DNA of 64,000 nt from Bacteroidota bacterium (lineage in GTDB: Bacteria > Bacteroidota > Bacteroidia > NS11-12g > UBA955): the NCBI GenBank assembly GCA_027621365.1, contig JAQCBH010000001.1:133308-197307 (forward strand), given 5' to 3'. The notes under the pieces are model-generated. The model saw only the letters and a program-made list of their open reading frames with translations. It was not told the origin of the DNA and did no database searches. Made by a program: the position numbers and the translations under genes. Of this stretch, positions 35,937 through 45,690 are shown piece by piece (position 1 is the stretch's first letter; every line of letters begins with the position of its first letter).

Positions 35937-38900
35937 TTAGTCTACCAAAGTCACCTTCTGTGAGGCGCTGTGGCTTTCGCTCTGAACGCTCAAGTAGTAG
36001 ACTCCAGCAGGCATGTCGCTTAAGTCGATATTCAACAAACCATTGTTGCTGTATGACTGAGTCAAAACAACCTGACCATTGGTATTGCGAACCATCAACT
36101 GAACCTCAGAACCGAAGTCCTTGCTCAGGGCAACATTCAACTGACCTTCGGTGGGGTTCGGGAACACTCCCATACCCACGCTAGCCAAACCTTCTGCTGC
36201 TGCACGGTTCATGACAATTTCTTTGCTCACCGTACACTCGCAACCGGTCTGACGAACCTTGGCACGCATGGTAATGGTGTAAGCCCCGTCATCTTGGAAG
36301 TTGTGCTGAACAGCGGCATTCTTATCGGCACTGGTCAATTTTCCACCGCCTTCGAATACCCAAGTGTAATCTACGTTATCCTGACCACCAGCGTTTCCGC
36401 TTCCGTCTACAGGCTCAACAGATACACCATAGAAACCAAAAGCGTAGTCAGTTGTGGCTACGAAGTCGCAGGTACGGGGAGCTTCGTTTACAGTTACACG
36501 CTGCGTGATTGAATCAGCGCATCCGCCCTTGATGTAGGCGTACAAAGTAACGTTGTAAGAGGTGGTTTGAATCACGTTGTAGCTCTTGCTAGGATCAGAA
36601 CTGCTAGAAGTGGTATTATCACCGAAATCCCAGCTGTAGCTGATTTCACCCTGAGGCCAAGTCGTGTTGTTCACGAAGATAACAGCGTCACCCGCACAAA
36701 CATCAGAAGCCGAGAAGCTAGCCTTAGGCTGAGTCAACACGTCTACATCTTTCTGAATGGTCTGGCTGCATCCGTTGTCCAAGGTCACGGTCAAGGTGAT
36801 CACCTTGGGACCCAAGTTGCTCCAGTTCTTAGAAGGTGACTTCGCGGTAGAAGTTGTACCGTCACCGAAGTTCCAAGAGTAGTTGGCAACTGTACCTGCA
36901 ATATCAGGAGTGGTATTCGTGAACTCAGTTGGAGTCAACGAACAAGCGGCCGTAGCGGTGTAAGACACTTTGGGTGACTCTTTCACTACAATGGCTTTGG
37001 TCATGGAATCTTTGCAACCGAATTCGCTGATGCTGACCAATTTCACATTCTTAGAACCGGCAGAAGCAAACATGTAGATGGGATTGTCATCGGTAGAAAC
37101 CGCTCCGTTATCATCGAAGTTCCAATAGCTACCGGCCAAACCGCTGCTGATGCTAGACTTGTTGGCGAATTCAAACTCATCATTGTCACAGGTACCGCTA
37201 ACCAAATTCCAATCAGCCTTGGGCTTATCAAACTGGTAAACGCGCTGGGTCAATGTAGCCACACAACCATTCAAATCAGCCGTCAAGGTTACGCTGTAGG
37301 TTCCTGCTTTGGCATACAAGTGGGTAGGATTGGCCGCTGTTGAAGTGGCGCCATCACCGAAGGCCCATTTGCTGGTAGCCGTGGCGGGAGTTGTCTTGTT
37401 GGTAAATGACAAGGCTTCGCCTTCGCAAGCATTCTTCTTGTCGAATGCTACGGTAGGAATGGCATTCACCTCTACTTCTTGGGTGTCGTAGAATTCAAAA
37501 CCATAAGGCAAGGTCTTCGCGGTCAATACCACATTGAACTTACCAGAAGCAGGGAACTGGAAAACGGGCTCAGGAGCGTTTGATGTATCAGCCGCGTTAC
37601 CGGTACCGAAGTTCCAGAAAAATTCCATGCCACCGCTCTTCACAGTAGAAGTGTTTTCGAACAACACAGCGTCACCGTTGCAAATTTTAGCAGGGAACTT
37701 GAATCCAGGAGTAATGCTGGGGTAAATGAATACATTGCGGCTGATGAGGGTATCACAACCGTTCTGCAAGTCAGAAATCTTCACATAAACCGTCAGGGTG
37801 CTGTCTTCGTAGGCTCCGTTCGAAGTCACAAATTGTACTTCAGCATCAGATGAACCACTGGGAGCCGTCAAAGAGGCACCTGTTACGGCTACACCACCTT
37901 CAGACACTGCAAAAGCAGACGCGGTCCAAGTAGAACCATAGCCGCTGTTGCTCATGCCACGAGGAGCATTGATATCATAAATAACGGGGTTGTTCAAGAT
38001 GGTCAAATCACGAGGTGTACCGCGGAAATAACGAGCCTGCGTAGGCTTTGTTGAAGCGGTGAACTCCGACCCTCCAGGAGCAGGCTTTACGAATACAGAG
38101 GTAATGCTCGAGTCGTTGGCAGGATTGTCATCACCAGCCAAGTGAACCACTACGCTATTGGTTCCCCACTCGTTCAATTTCAATTTGGTTTGCAAAGTGT
38201 AGGAAGCAGAATCGCCAGGAGCAATGCTCACGGCAGCCTCAGCCATGGTTATTTTTCCGTTCACGTTGAAGGCAACTGGAATATCAGCGGCGGTATCAAT
38301 GAACAAGTTGCCAATTTTTACACTCACGGTGTACTCAGAACCCGAGCAAACGGTATCGCTCAAAGCAGGACTGAACGACATGCCCAACATTTGAAGATCC
38401 AAGTACCCTTCGATGGCACCACGGTCAGACTTGGGAGTGGCGCGATCTACGCTGTACAAGTCTTTTTTAGAGGCATTAGCAGATGAAACGGTATTCTGGT
38501 TTTTGAACTGTCCAGAAGCGAACTTATCCTTGTTGACATCTTCAAAACGAGGGTCTAAGAACAATTCGCGCTGGGCAAATCCTGAACCGTTGTAAGCGGC
38601 AAAGCTGCTGTAGGAACCAGAAGGAGTCTGCCAGGAGTAAGCGGAGGTGTTGGCGTCAGGCTTGGTGAACCAAGTGTTATCGCTGAAATTCGTTACGGTT
38701 CCGTTGTTGTTGGCCATGTACAAGGGAGTTACTTGATCACCGCCTTCGCAGTATACCAAGTTGCCCGCCCAATTCTGGTTGCTGCTCAAGCAGTAACCGT
38801 TGTTGAAACCGTAGTTGATGTATCCGCCGGCAGAATAATTCTCCATTTTGTTGTAAATGGTATTCTGGCGAATGTTCCAACCATTGCCACCGGTGTAAGC

Positions 38901-40814
38901 GCTGTTGTACAGATAGAAAGCATAAACATCATACGACTTTGAAGTCACTTTGGCCACCAAATTCGACTCACAATTCAAGCCCATCGCGTAGTAAGAGAAA
39001 ATACCGGCAGCATCAGATCCGTTACCGCGATTGCTGGTCACATGGTTGCGGCGAATGTTGTGATCTCCGTAGTAGATGTACATACCTACGGTGTAGGAAT
39101 TGGACGCCGTATTGGAATCAATAGAATTGTCTTCCACATTGATGACATAACCCGTGGTCGGGTAAGCATAACCCGCAATACCAATTAAAGCTGAACTTGA
39201 ATTATTGCTGCGAATAATGTTGCGGTTGATTTCAACGTTGTAATAACCGTAGATGTTGTAGATACCGTACAGAGAAGAAGCCTGTGAGGTATTGTTTCTG
39301 ATGTAGTTATCGTTGGTCTTGTAGTAATCGTGGTAATAACCGCGGTAGATGCAATACATGGTTGAGTACGAGGTATTGTCGCACACCTTGTTCTTGCTCA
39401 CGCTGGTGCGGTACGCATAATAATAGATGTAGGTACCATAAAACGTGCTACCCGTAGTGGTGTTTCCTGAAATGGAGTTTTCCTCAATTTTTTCGTCCAT
39501 TCCGTAGTAGTAGGCATACAAACCGTAGAACGTGCTGGCCGCTTTGTTGCCATCAATGGTGTTCTTGATGAATTTACCATTCGACAAGTAATAGTAGTTG
39601 TACAAGCCGTAAAAGGTGCTAGACGTGCTGTTGTTGTCGATGTGGTTGTTCGAGATGGTGCAATACTGCGGATAGTAATACGCATACATTCCATAGAAAG
39701 TACTGCTCGCCGTGTTGCCACTGATGCTGTTGTTGTCCCAGGTGCTGTACATGGGATAGTAGTAGGCATAGAAACCATAGAATGTGCTACCGCTGTTTTT
39801 ATCAATGGTATTGTTGCTGATGGTGCTATAATAGTTGTAGTAGTAGTTATAAATACCAATGAAGGTACTGCTGGTCTTGTTGTTGTCGATTTTGTTGCCA
39901 TCTACAGTCCAGTAGTAGCAGTAGTAGTAGGGAGCAATGCCATAAAACGTTGACGTAGCGGTGTGACCCGAAATGTCATTGCCCTTGATGTATGCATAGT
40001 AGTTGTAATAACCGTAAATACCGTAGTAGGCCCCATGCGACTGATTCTTCATGGTATTGCTAACGGCTGAGTCGCCATTGGAATAGTACATTCGAATACC
40101 ATAGTAGTAGGCCTGTTGGATATCGTTGTTTTCAAACATGTTGCCACCCTGAACAGATGAACTGCTGTAGTAGCTGGTATTGCCGTTGATAACAATACCG
40201 TAGTACGGGCCATAAGAACCAGAGGCCGATGATTTCATCGTCACTCCACTTACTCGGTTGTAACGACCGTTCCAAGAGGAAGAAGCAGAACTTAAAGCCG
40301 TGTATGACGAAGCCAATGCCACGTAAGCACCATACGACGAGGTAGAAGTACGAGCCGTGAACTCAATGCTTCCCCCTTTGATGCGGTTGTAGGTCGCATC
40401 GTTGGTCAAACGATAACCAATGCCATACACACTGGAAGAAGTGTTGATGACGTTCAAATTGTCGAAAGTCATGTAGTCGGTTCCGTTCAAAATGAACACT
40501 TCATAGCTGCTGCTGGAAGTGATTTTGTAACCGTTACCGTTGATGGTAATGGTGTTGGTCGAGCTGGCTCCCGTAATCGCATTGAAAGTGACGGCCGAAG
40601 AACCGGCAGACAAATCACTGGTCACGTTTACGGTCAAAGCACCGTTCACACCGTTGTTGTTCAACGCTGAAGCTAGGGCTGCCCAGGTGGTGTAGGTACC
40701 GCCTGATCCCAGGGTTACCGTGCCACTCAACTGAGCCATAGCCGATCCACTCAAGAGACCTAGGGTCACCAAAATGGCAGCGCGAAGCTTGGAAGTAAAG
40801 TAATGTTTCATCAT
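35937..40814 (-). CDS. giant T9SS-secreted surface protein, paralog 2
   Basis: 1625 aa with the same architecture as paralog 1. It starts with MMKHY and a signal peptide (..SGSAMAQ). There are at least 12 Tyr-rich repeats (..NSISGNTASSTFYGMYAYYYPQYCTISNNHIDNNSTSSTFYGLYNYYY..). PKD-like domains follow, and the CTD reads GVFPNPTEGQLNVAL...GVYYLSVQSESHSASQKVTLVD. Confidence 0.85.
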   Translation of the reverse strand: MMKHYFTSKLRAAILVTLGLLSGSAMAQLSGTVTLGSGGTYTTWAALASALNNNGVNGALTVNVTSDLSAGSSAVTFNAITGASSTNTITINGNGYKITSSSSYEVFILNGTDYMTFDNLNVINTSSSVYGIGYRLTNDATYNRIKGGSIEFTARTSTSSYGAYVALASSYTALSSASSSWNGRYNRVSGVTMKSSASGSYGPYYGIVINGNTSYYSSSSVQGGNMFENNDIQQAYYYGIRMYYSNGDSAVSNTMKNQSHGAYYGIYGYYNYYAYIKGNDISGHTATSTFYGIAPYYYCYYWTVDGNKIDNNKTSSTFIGIYNYYYNYYSTISNNTIDKNSGSTFYGFYAYYYPMYSTWDNNSISGNTASSTFYGMYAYYYPQYCTISNNHIDNNSTSSTFYGLYNYYYLSNGKFIKNTIDGNKAASTFYGLYAYYYGMDEKIEENSISGNTTTGSTFYGTYIYYYAYRTSVSKNKVCDNTSYSTMYCIYRGYYHDYYKTNDNYIRNNTSQASSLYGIYNIYGYYNVEINRNIIRSNNSSSALIGIAGYAYPTTGYVINVEDNSIDSNTASNSYTVGMYIYYGDHNIRRNHVTSNRGNGSDAAGIFSYYAMGLNCESNLVAKVTSKSYDVYAFYLYNSAYTGGNGWNIRQNTIYNKMENYSAGGYINYGFNNGYCLSSNQNWAGNLVYCEGGDQVTPLYMANNNGTVTNFSDNTWFTKPDANTSAYSWQTPSGSYSSFAAYNGSGFAQRELFLDPRFEDVNKDKFASGQFKNQNTVSSANASKKDLYSVDRATPKSDRGAIEGYLDLQMLGMSFSPALSDTVCSGSEYTVSVKIGNLFIDTAADIPVAFNVNGKITMAEAAVSIAPGDSASYTLQTKLKLNEWGTNSVVVHLAGDDNPANDSSITSVFVKPAPGGSEFTASTKPTQARYFRGTPRDLTILNNPVIYDINAPRGMSNSGYGSTWTASAFAVSEGGVAVTGASLTAPSGSSDAEVQFVTSNGAYEDSTLTVYVKISDLQNGCDTLISRNVFIYPSITPGFKFPAKICNGDAVLFENTSTVKSGGMEFFWNFGTGNAADTSNAPEPVFQFPASGKFNVVLTAKTLPYGFEFYDTQEVEVNAIPTVAFDKKNACEGEALSFTNKTTPATATSKWAFGDGATSTAANPTHLYAKAGTYSVTLTADLNGCVATLTQRVYQFDKPKADWNLVSGTCDNDEFEFANKSSISSGLAGSYWNFDDNGAVSTDDNPIYMFASAGSKNVKLVSISEFGCKDSMTKAIVVKESPKVSYTATAACSLTPTEFTNTTPDIAGTVANYSWNFGDGTTSTAKSPSKNWSNLGPKVITLTVTLDNGCSQTIQKDVDVLTQPKASFSASDVCAGDAVIFVNNTTWPQGEISYSWDFGDNTTSSSSDPSKSYNVIQTTSYNVTLYAYIKGGCADSITQRVTVNEAPRTCDFVATTDYAFGFYGVSVEPVDGSGNAGGQDNVDYTWVFEGGGKLTSADKNAAVQHNFQDDGAYTITMRAKVRQTGCECTVSKEIVMNRAAAEGLASVGMGVFPNPTEGQLNVALSKDFGSEVQLMVRNTNGQVVLTQSYSNNGLLNIDLSDMPAGVYYLSVQSESHSASQKVTLVD

Positions 40815-41010
40815 AGTTTAGTTTTACAGATACTAACGAAAGTATCTACTTACTTTACCTAAAAAAACAATGACTCCTGCTCCATAAACAATATGACAGA
40901 TTTTTTGACAGAGACTATAAACGACTGCAAGTCAATTACTTTTTATTAGTACCACTCCTATTTTTTGTCATTCATTGGAGTTTCCATCGGGCAGATATCC
41001 AGATAAAAAA

Positions 41011-41040
41011 AAGGAGGCCCAGCATGCGCTGGGCCTCCTT
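41011..41040 (-). terminator. intrinsic terminator downstream of paralog 3
   Basis: A 13-bp stem (aaggaggcccagc/gctgggcctcctt) is followed by a T run on the minus strand. Confidence 0.8.
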
Positions 41041-41069
41041 TTAGACAGTTTTGATAACTGATTTTTTCT

Positions 41070-44000
41070 TTAGTTCGTCTTCGTGATTTTTTGAGTCACG
41101 CGGGCGTTTTCTGACGTTACCGTCAACATGTACACGCCGCTGGCCAAGTCGCTGATGTTGACGCTAGTCAAGCCCATATTGGCTTCCTGTGCGCTGTACA
41201 CCACCTGACCGCTCATAGTGGTCACGATCAAGTTCACCTGGCTGCCGATGGTCTCGGTCATGGCCACGTTGAACATGCCTTCGCTGGGGTTGGGGTATAC
41301 CCCTACTCCACTCTTAGCCAAGCCTTCTGCCGCCGCACGATCCATGACGATCGTCTTGGTCTGTGTGCACTCGCATCCGGTCTGACGAACCTTTGCACGC
41401 ATGGTCACCTTGAATGTTCCATCGTTCTGGAACTCGTGGTTCACCGCTGCATTCTTGTCTTGAGTCTGCTTGCTTCCGCCACCTTCAAAGATCCAGGTGT
41501 AGTCTACGTTGTCTTGGCCACCCGTTACACCGCTACCGTCTACGGGCTCTGCTACGATGCCGTAGAAGCCGAAGCTGTAGTCAGGAGTTACCGTGAAGTC
41601 ACAAGTACGGGGAGCTTCGTTGACTGTTACACGCTGAGTGATAGAGTCGGCGCAGCCGCCTTTGATGTAAGCGTACAAGGTTACGTTGTACGAAGTCGTC
41701 TGGATCACGTTGTAAGCCTTGCTAGGATCTGAGTTCGTAGACGAGGTGTTGTCTCCGAAATCCCAGTTGTAGCTGATCTCACCCTGAGGCCACGTTGTGT
41801 TGTTCACGAAGATCACGGGATCACCCGCACATACGTCGCCTGCCTCAAAGCTTGCCTTGGGCTGGGTCAATACGTTCATGTCTTTGGTGATGGTCTGTGA
41901 GCAACCGTTGTCCAAGGTTACGGTCATGGTCACGGTCTTGGGGCCCAAAGCCGTCCAGTTCTTAGAAGGTGACTTCGCCGTTGAAGTAGTGCCGTCACCG
42001 AAGTTCCAGGCGTAGTTGGCTACAGTGCCTGCTACATCAGGAGTGGTGTTGGTAAAGGCTGTGGGGGTCAACGAACATGCCGCAGTGCTTACGAAGGAAG
42101 CTTTGGGTGATTCGCGTACCTCAATTTGCTGGATCAATGAATCCTTGCAACCGAATTCGCTGGTCATCACCAACTTCACTTGCTTCTTACCGGCCGCTGA
42201 GAACTGGTGCTCGGCGTCCATCTCTGTGCTTACAGCACCGTTGTCGTCGAAATCCCAGTAGCTACCCGCCAAACCGCTGCTAATGCTAGACGTGTTGTCA
42301 AATACAAAACCGTCGTTGTCGCAAGTTCCGCTCACCAAGTTCCACTTCGCAGTGGGCTTGTCGAACTGGTATACGCGCTGAGTCAAGCTCGCTACACAAC
42401 CGTTCAAGTCAGCGGTCAAAGTCACGCTGTAGGCTCCAGCCTTGGCATACTTGTGAGTGGGGTTGGCTGAGGTGGAAGTAGCACCGTCACCGAAGGCCCA
42501 CTTGCTGGTAGCCGTAGCAGGAGTTGTCTTGTTCGTAAAGGTCAAGTTCTCACCCTCACAAGCGTTCTTCTTGTCGAAGGCCACCGTGGGAATGGCGTTT
42601 ACTTCTACCGCTTGGGTATCGTAGAACACAAAGCCGTAAGGCAAGGTCCTAGCCGTCAATACCACGTTGTAAGTACCCGCACCAGCGAACTGGAACACAG
42701 GCTCAGGAGCGTTGGAGGTATCGGCTGCGTTGCCAGTACCAAAGTTCCAAAGAAACTCCATACCTCCTGACTTCACATTTGATTTGTTCTCAAACAATAC
42801 TGCGTCACCGTCACAAATCTTAGCGGGGTATTTGAAATCAGCATCGATTGAGGGGTAAATCAAAACGTTGCGCTTGATCAAGGTATCGCAACCATTGGTC
42901 AAGTCAGTAATCTTGGTTACTACGGTAATGGTCTCGTCTTCCAAAGAAGCATCAGAGGTTACAAAAGTTACCTCCAAATCAGCTGAACCAGTGGGAGCTA
43001 AAACAGAGGCGCCGCTTACGCTGCTACCATCGGCTTTCTCTGCATAGGCAGAAGCCGTCCATTCTGTACCGTACGTAGAATTGCTGTAAACACGAGGAGC
43101 GTTTACATCGTAAATCACAGGCTGGTTGATGACAGTTACGTCAAAGGGACGACCTTTTTGGTAGATTGTAGCCGTGGGTGATGAAGAAGGAGTGTACATT
43201 CCACCGCCAGGAGCAGGCTTTACCACTGTGGTAAATGAGAAGGTATCATTAGAGGTCTTGTCGTCTGGAACATTGACAAAAACTTTTACTGTCGTCAATC
43301 CTGGATCATTCAAGAACACATCTTTTCCAAACGTAATGGTTGCAGAATCACCAGTGGCAATGCTCGCATTGACGAATTCATTCACAGGGGATCCATCATT
43401 GACAGAGAAGGAAACATTAAAGCCTTTTACGGTATCGACGAAATTGTTCTTGATTTTGATGTCAGCGCTAAAAGTATAGCCAGAACAAACTGAGTCGGGC
43501 AAATTAACAGACGTAGACAATCCCTCAATATCCAATACGCTTTCCAAAGCACCGCGATCAGAGGCGGTTGCATTGCGAGCGACCATAGCCAAATCATCAG
43601 CTACAGCAATAGAAGCAGGCACGTTGTTCTGGGCAGCAAAGGCGTTTGACTTGTAATCACCCTTTGCAATGTCATTGAATTTGGGATCGTGGTATTTTTC
43701 TCCGGAACCTGGCAAGCCGGTATTCATCCATCCTGTAAAGTCAGTACCATTACCATTGGGATTGTACCAATATTGTCCAGAGAAATTGTTGATGTAATAA
43801 GAGTTGTGATCAATGCCTTTTACGTTAGTAGAATTACCATAACAGTAAACAGGGTAGGTATAGTAACCATTTTTAAAGTTGACAATGTTACCATAAATAC
43901 GAGTATCGCCATAAGCACCACCGTAAATACCATACGTGTAATTGTAGGTGTATTGGGCATTAGAATTATCTACATAAAATGTATTTTGTACAATGTCCTT

Positions 44001-45527
44001 GCTATATGAAGTTGAACGTGAGTAAAAATACAAACACATGTTTGTGCTATTACACTGATTGTTAGCCACCAAGTTTGAAGCAACCAATGCCTTCACATCA
44101 TAATACACATACATTGCATAGATGCTTGAGTAGGTATAACCAAACGCTTTGTTGTCAACCAATTTGTTGCGTTCAACTTTCCAGTTCGAGGTACTGTTGT
44201 AGTTGTACAGATATAACAAATACATGGTATATCCAGAAGAGCCACTATTGTTGTTTCTCGCCACAGTGTTATCACTTGCTGAGTTGTTGGAACCCGAGCA
44301 GTAATAAGGATAGATACCGTAGAAGTAGTAACCCTTGCTTTCGTTATCAGTTACTGCATTTTCATCAACAGTTACACCTGAAACGTAGTAAGGATACAAA
44401 GCATAGAAGTAGTATCCATTGTTGTAGTTATTGGCGATTGTATTGCCATCAATGTTGAAATCGTTTCCGCGGAAAGCATAAACGCCATAGAAATAATAGG
44501 CAGAAATGCAATTTTTTACTGTATTGTTTTCAACCTTATTCGGACGGGCAGCAGCTCCGTAGTTGTAGTAGCAATAAACTCCATACAAATAACTCGCACC
44601 TACAGAAGTCGAAGCATTCTCATAAGGCAAATCGTGAATATTGTTGTTAGAAATGATGTTCGAACGATCAGTGGCGTATGAATAATTGTTGTACACACCG
44701 TACAAGTAAGAAGTGAAGCCTCTGTTGGTACCCGCATTCTTACGAGAAATGTCGTTGCCATCAGCTTGGTCACCATTGGTGTATTGCATCCAAATACCAT
44801 AGTAATAGAAATTCTCAATGGTATTGCCCTTGAAGGTATTGTTCGAACCTTGAGAACTGTAGTAGCTAGTGGTTCCACGGTCTGCAATCGCATGTGAAGG
44901 ACCAGGGCTGTTGCTATTCAAGGTGCGCATCAAGTTGTTGCTAATGGTGTTGTTCTGACCGTTCCACGCAGTTCCTGAAGAAGGGCTGGTGTAGCTGCTG
45001 GAAAACCATACGTAACCTCCACCATTGGTAGTTCCTGCGGTGCGGTTGGTGTACTGCAACGTACACTTGTTGATGGTGTTGTAAACTGAGCCATTGGTGA
45101 AACGAATCATCATGGCGTAGGAGTTTGTAGACGTGTTTTGTACCGTCAAATTTTCAAGCGTTACATAATCAGCACCGTTAAACAACATAACCTGGTAACC
45201 TACGGAAGCGCTTAGCGTCTTGCCATTTCCATCAATGGTGATGGTGTTGGTAGAGCTTGCCCCGCTGATAGCCGACAAGGTCAAAGAAGAAGTCAAGGTC
45301 TCATCGTTCATGACCTTAACGGAAACTGCGCCACTGACGCCAGATCCATTCAAGGCTGAAACGAAAGCCGACCATGATTGATAGTTGCTACCGCTGGTTG
45401 ACTTGGTGTTGTCAATCGTGTAGCTGCCGCTCAATTGCGCATTCAGCGCAGAAGAGGACCACCCAAGAAAAATGACCAAAATAAAGGCCATCAGTTTGGA
45501 TACTAATGATTTGTAGTGTTTCATCAT
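41070..45527 (-). CDS. giant T9SS-secreted surface protein, paralog 3
   Basis: The start was chosen at the MMKHYKSL Met pair (45527), matching paralogs 1 and 2; the tracked ORF begins 9 codons earlier. The N-terminal repeat region is more divergent (..YYFYGVYAF.., ..YYFYALYPYY.., ..YYFYGIYPYY..). The PKD region is highly similar to the other two. The CTD reads GVYPNPSEGMFNVAM...GVYMLTVTSENARVTQKITKTN. Confidence 0.85.
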   Translation of the reverse strand: MMKHYKSLVSKLMAFILVIFLGWSSSALNAQLSGSYTIDNTKSTSGSNYQSWSAFVSALNGSGVSGAVSVKVMNDETLTSSLTLSAISGASSTNTITIDGNGKTLSASVGYQVMLFNGADYVTLENLTVQNTSTNSYAMMIRFTNGSVYNTINKCTLQYTNRTAGTTNGGGYVWFSSSYTSPSSGTAWNGQNNTISNNLMRTLNSNSPGPSHAIADRGTTSYYSSQGSNNTFKGNTIENFYYYGIWMQYTNGDQADGNDISRKNAGTNRGFTSYLYGVYNNYSYATDRSNIISNNNIHDLPYENASTSVGASYLYGVYCYYNYGAAARPNKVENNTVKNCISAYYFYGVYAFRGNDFNIDGNTIANNYNNGYYFYALYPYYVSGVTVDENAVTDNESKGYYFYGIYPYYCSGSNNSASDNTVARNNNSGSSGYTMYLLYLYNYNSTSNWKVERNKLVDNKAFGYTYSSIYAMYVYYDVKALVASNLVANNQCNSTNMCLYFYSRSTSYSKDIVQNTFYVDNSNAQYTYNYTYGIYGGAYGDTRIYGNIVNFKNGYYTYPVYCYGNSTNVKGIDHNSYYINNFSGQYWYNPNGNGTDFTGWMNTGLPGSGEKYHDPKFNDIAKGDYKSNAFAAQNNVPASIAVADDLAMVARNATASDRGALESVLDIEGLSTSVNLPDSVCSGYTFSADIKIKNNFVDTVKGFNVSFSVNDGSPVNEFVNASIATGDSATITFGKDVFLNDPGLTTVKVFVNVPDDKTSNDTFSFTTVVKPAPGGGMYTPSSSPTATIYQKGRPFDVTVINQPVIYDVNAPRVYSNSTYGTEWTASAYAEKADGSSVSGASVLAPTGSADLEVTFVTSDASLEDETITVVTKITDLTNGCDTLIKRNVLIYPSIDADFKYPAKICDGDAVLFENKSNVKSGGMEFLWNFGTGNAADTSNAPEPVFQFAGAGTYNVVLTARTLPYGFVFYDTQAVEVNAIPTVAFDKKNACEGENLTFTNKTTPATATSKWAFGDGATSTSANPTHKYAKAGAYSVTLTADLNGCVASLTQRVYQFDKPTAKWNLVSGTCDNDGFVFDNTSSISSGLAGSYWDFDDNGAVSTEMDAEHQFSAAGKKQVKLVMTSEFGCKDSLIQQIEVRESPKASFVSTAACSLTPTAFTNTTPDVAGTVANYAWNFGDGTTSTAKSPSKNWTALGPKTVTMTVTLDNGCSQTITKDMNVLTQPKASFEAGDVCAGDPVIFVNNTTWPQGEISYNWDFGDNTSSTNSDPSKAYNVIQTTSYNVTLYAYIKGGCADSITQRVTVNEAPRTCDFTVTPDYSFGFYGIVAEPVDGSGVTGGQDNVDYTWIFEGGGSKQTQDKNAAVNHEFQNDGTFKVTMRAKVRQTGCECTQTKTIVMDRAAAEGLAKSGVGVYPNPSEGMFNVAMTETIGSQVNLIVTTMSGQVVYSAQEANMGLTSVNISDLASGVYMLTVTSENARVTQKITKTN
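41092..41267. repeat. copy A of a 176-nt near-identical repeat (3' end of paralog 3)
   Basis: Aligned by eye to 45766-45941, I see only 2 mismatches (gttgacgct vs gttcacgct; catagtgg vs cattgtgg). Confidence 0.9.
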
Positions 45528-45546
45528 AAGAATTGTTTTCAGAATC
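45515..45546. repeat. left arm of an imperfect inverted repeat covering the paralog 3 start codon and 5' leader
   Basis: The plus strand agtgtttcatcataagaattgttttcagaatc pairs with 45691-45727 (gattcgtgaaaacaacaatccttaatgatgaaacact). The perfect 13-bp core is ATGATGAAACACT, and the flank is gapped but clearly related. Confidence 0.8.
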
Positions 45547-45663
45547 GTTCGCAATATATCAATATTTCATCATCAGTGGCTTTGTTTTTTCATGATTATG
45601 AAAAAAAACTATTTCAATTTCTTAACAACTGAAAAACATGATTCATGTATGACATAAATGCAC

Positions 45664-45687
45664 AAAGGCCCGCCGAAGCGGGCCTTT
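45664..45687 (-). terminator. hairpin terminator downstream of the orphan CTD fragment and upstream of paralog 3
   Basis: The stem-loop is aaaggcccgc-cgaa-gcgggccttt. The T run on the minus strand is weak (tttgtgcattt). Confidence 0.55.
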
Positions 45688-45690
45688 GCT

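Noticed and set aside
39398-39901. Alternative-frame and antisense ORFs inside the three giant paralogs, for example 39398-39901, 39642-39953, 34804-35043, 35027-35632 and 44075-44458.
   Set aside because: They are artefacts of the periodic TAC/TAT/AAC/ACC-rich repeat coding sequence, giving Thr/Ile/Val-rich nonsense proteins. The main frame has the coherent domain architecture.
31091-45527. Periodic repeats that might suggest a CRISPR array or a diversity-generating retroelement target.
   Set aside because: The periodicity is at the protein level inside one long ORF. There are no identical direct repeats with unique spacers. No reverse transcriptase or template repeat is present in the window.
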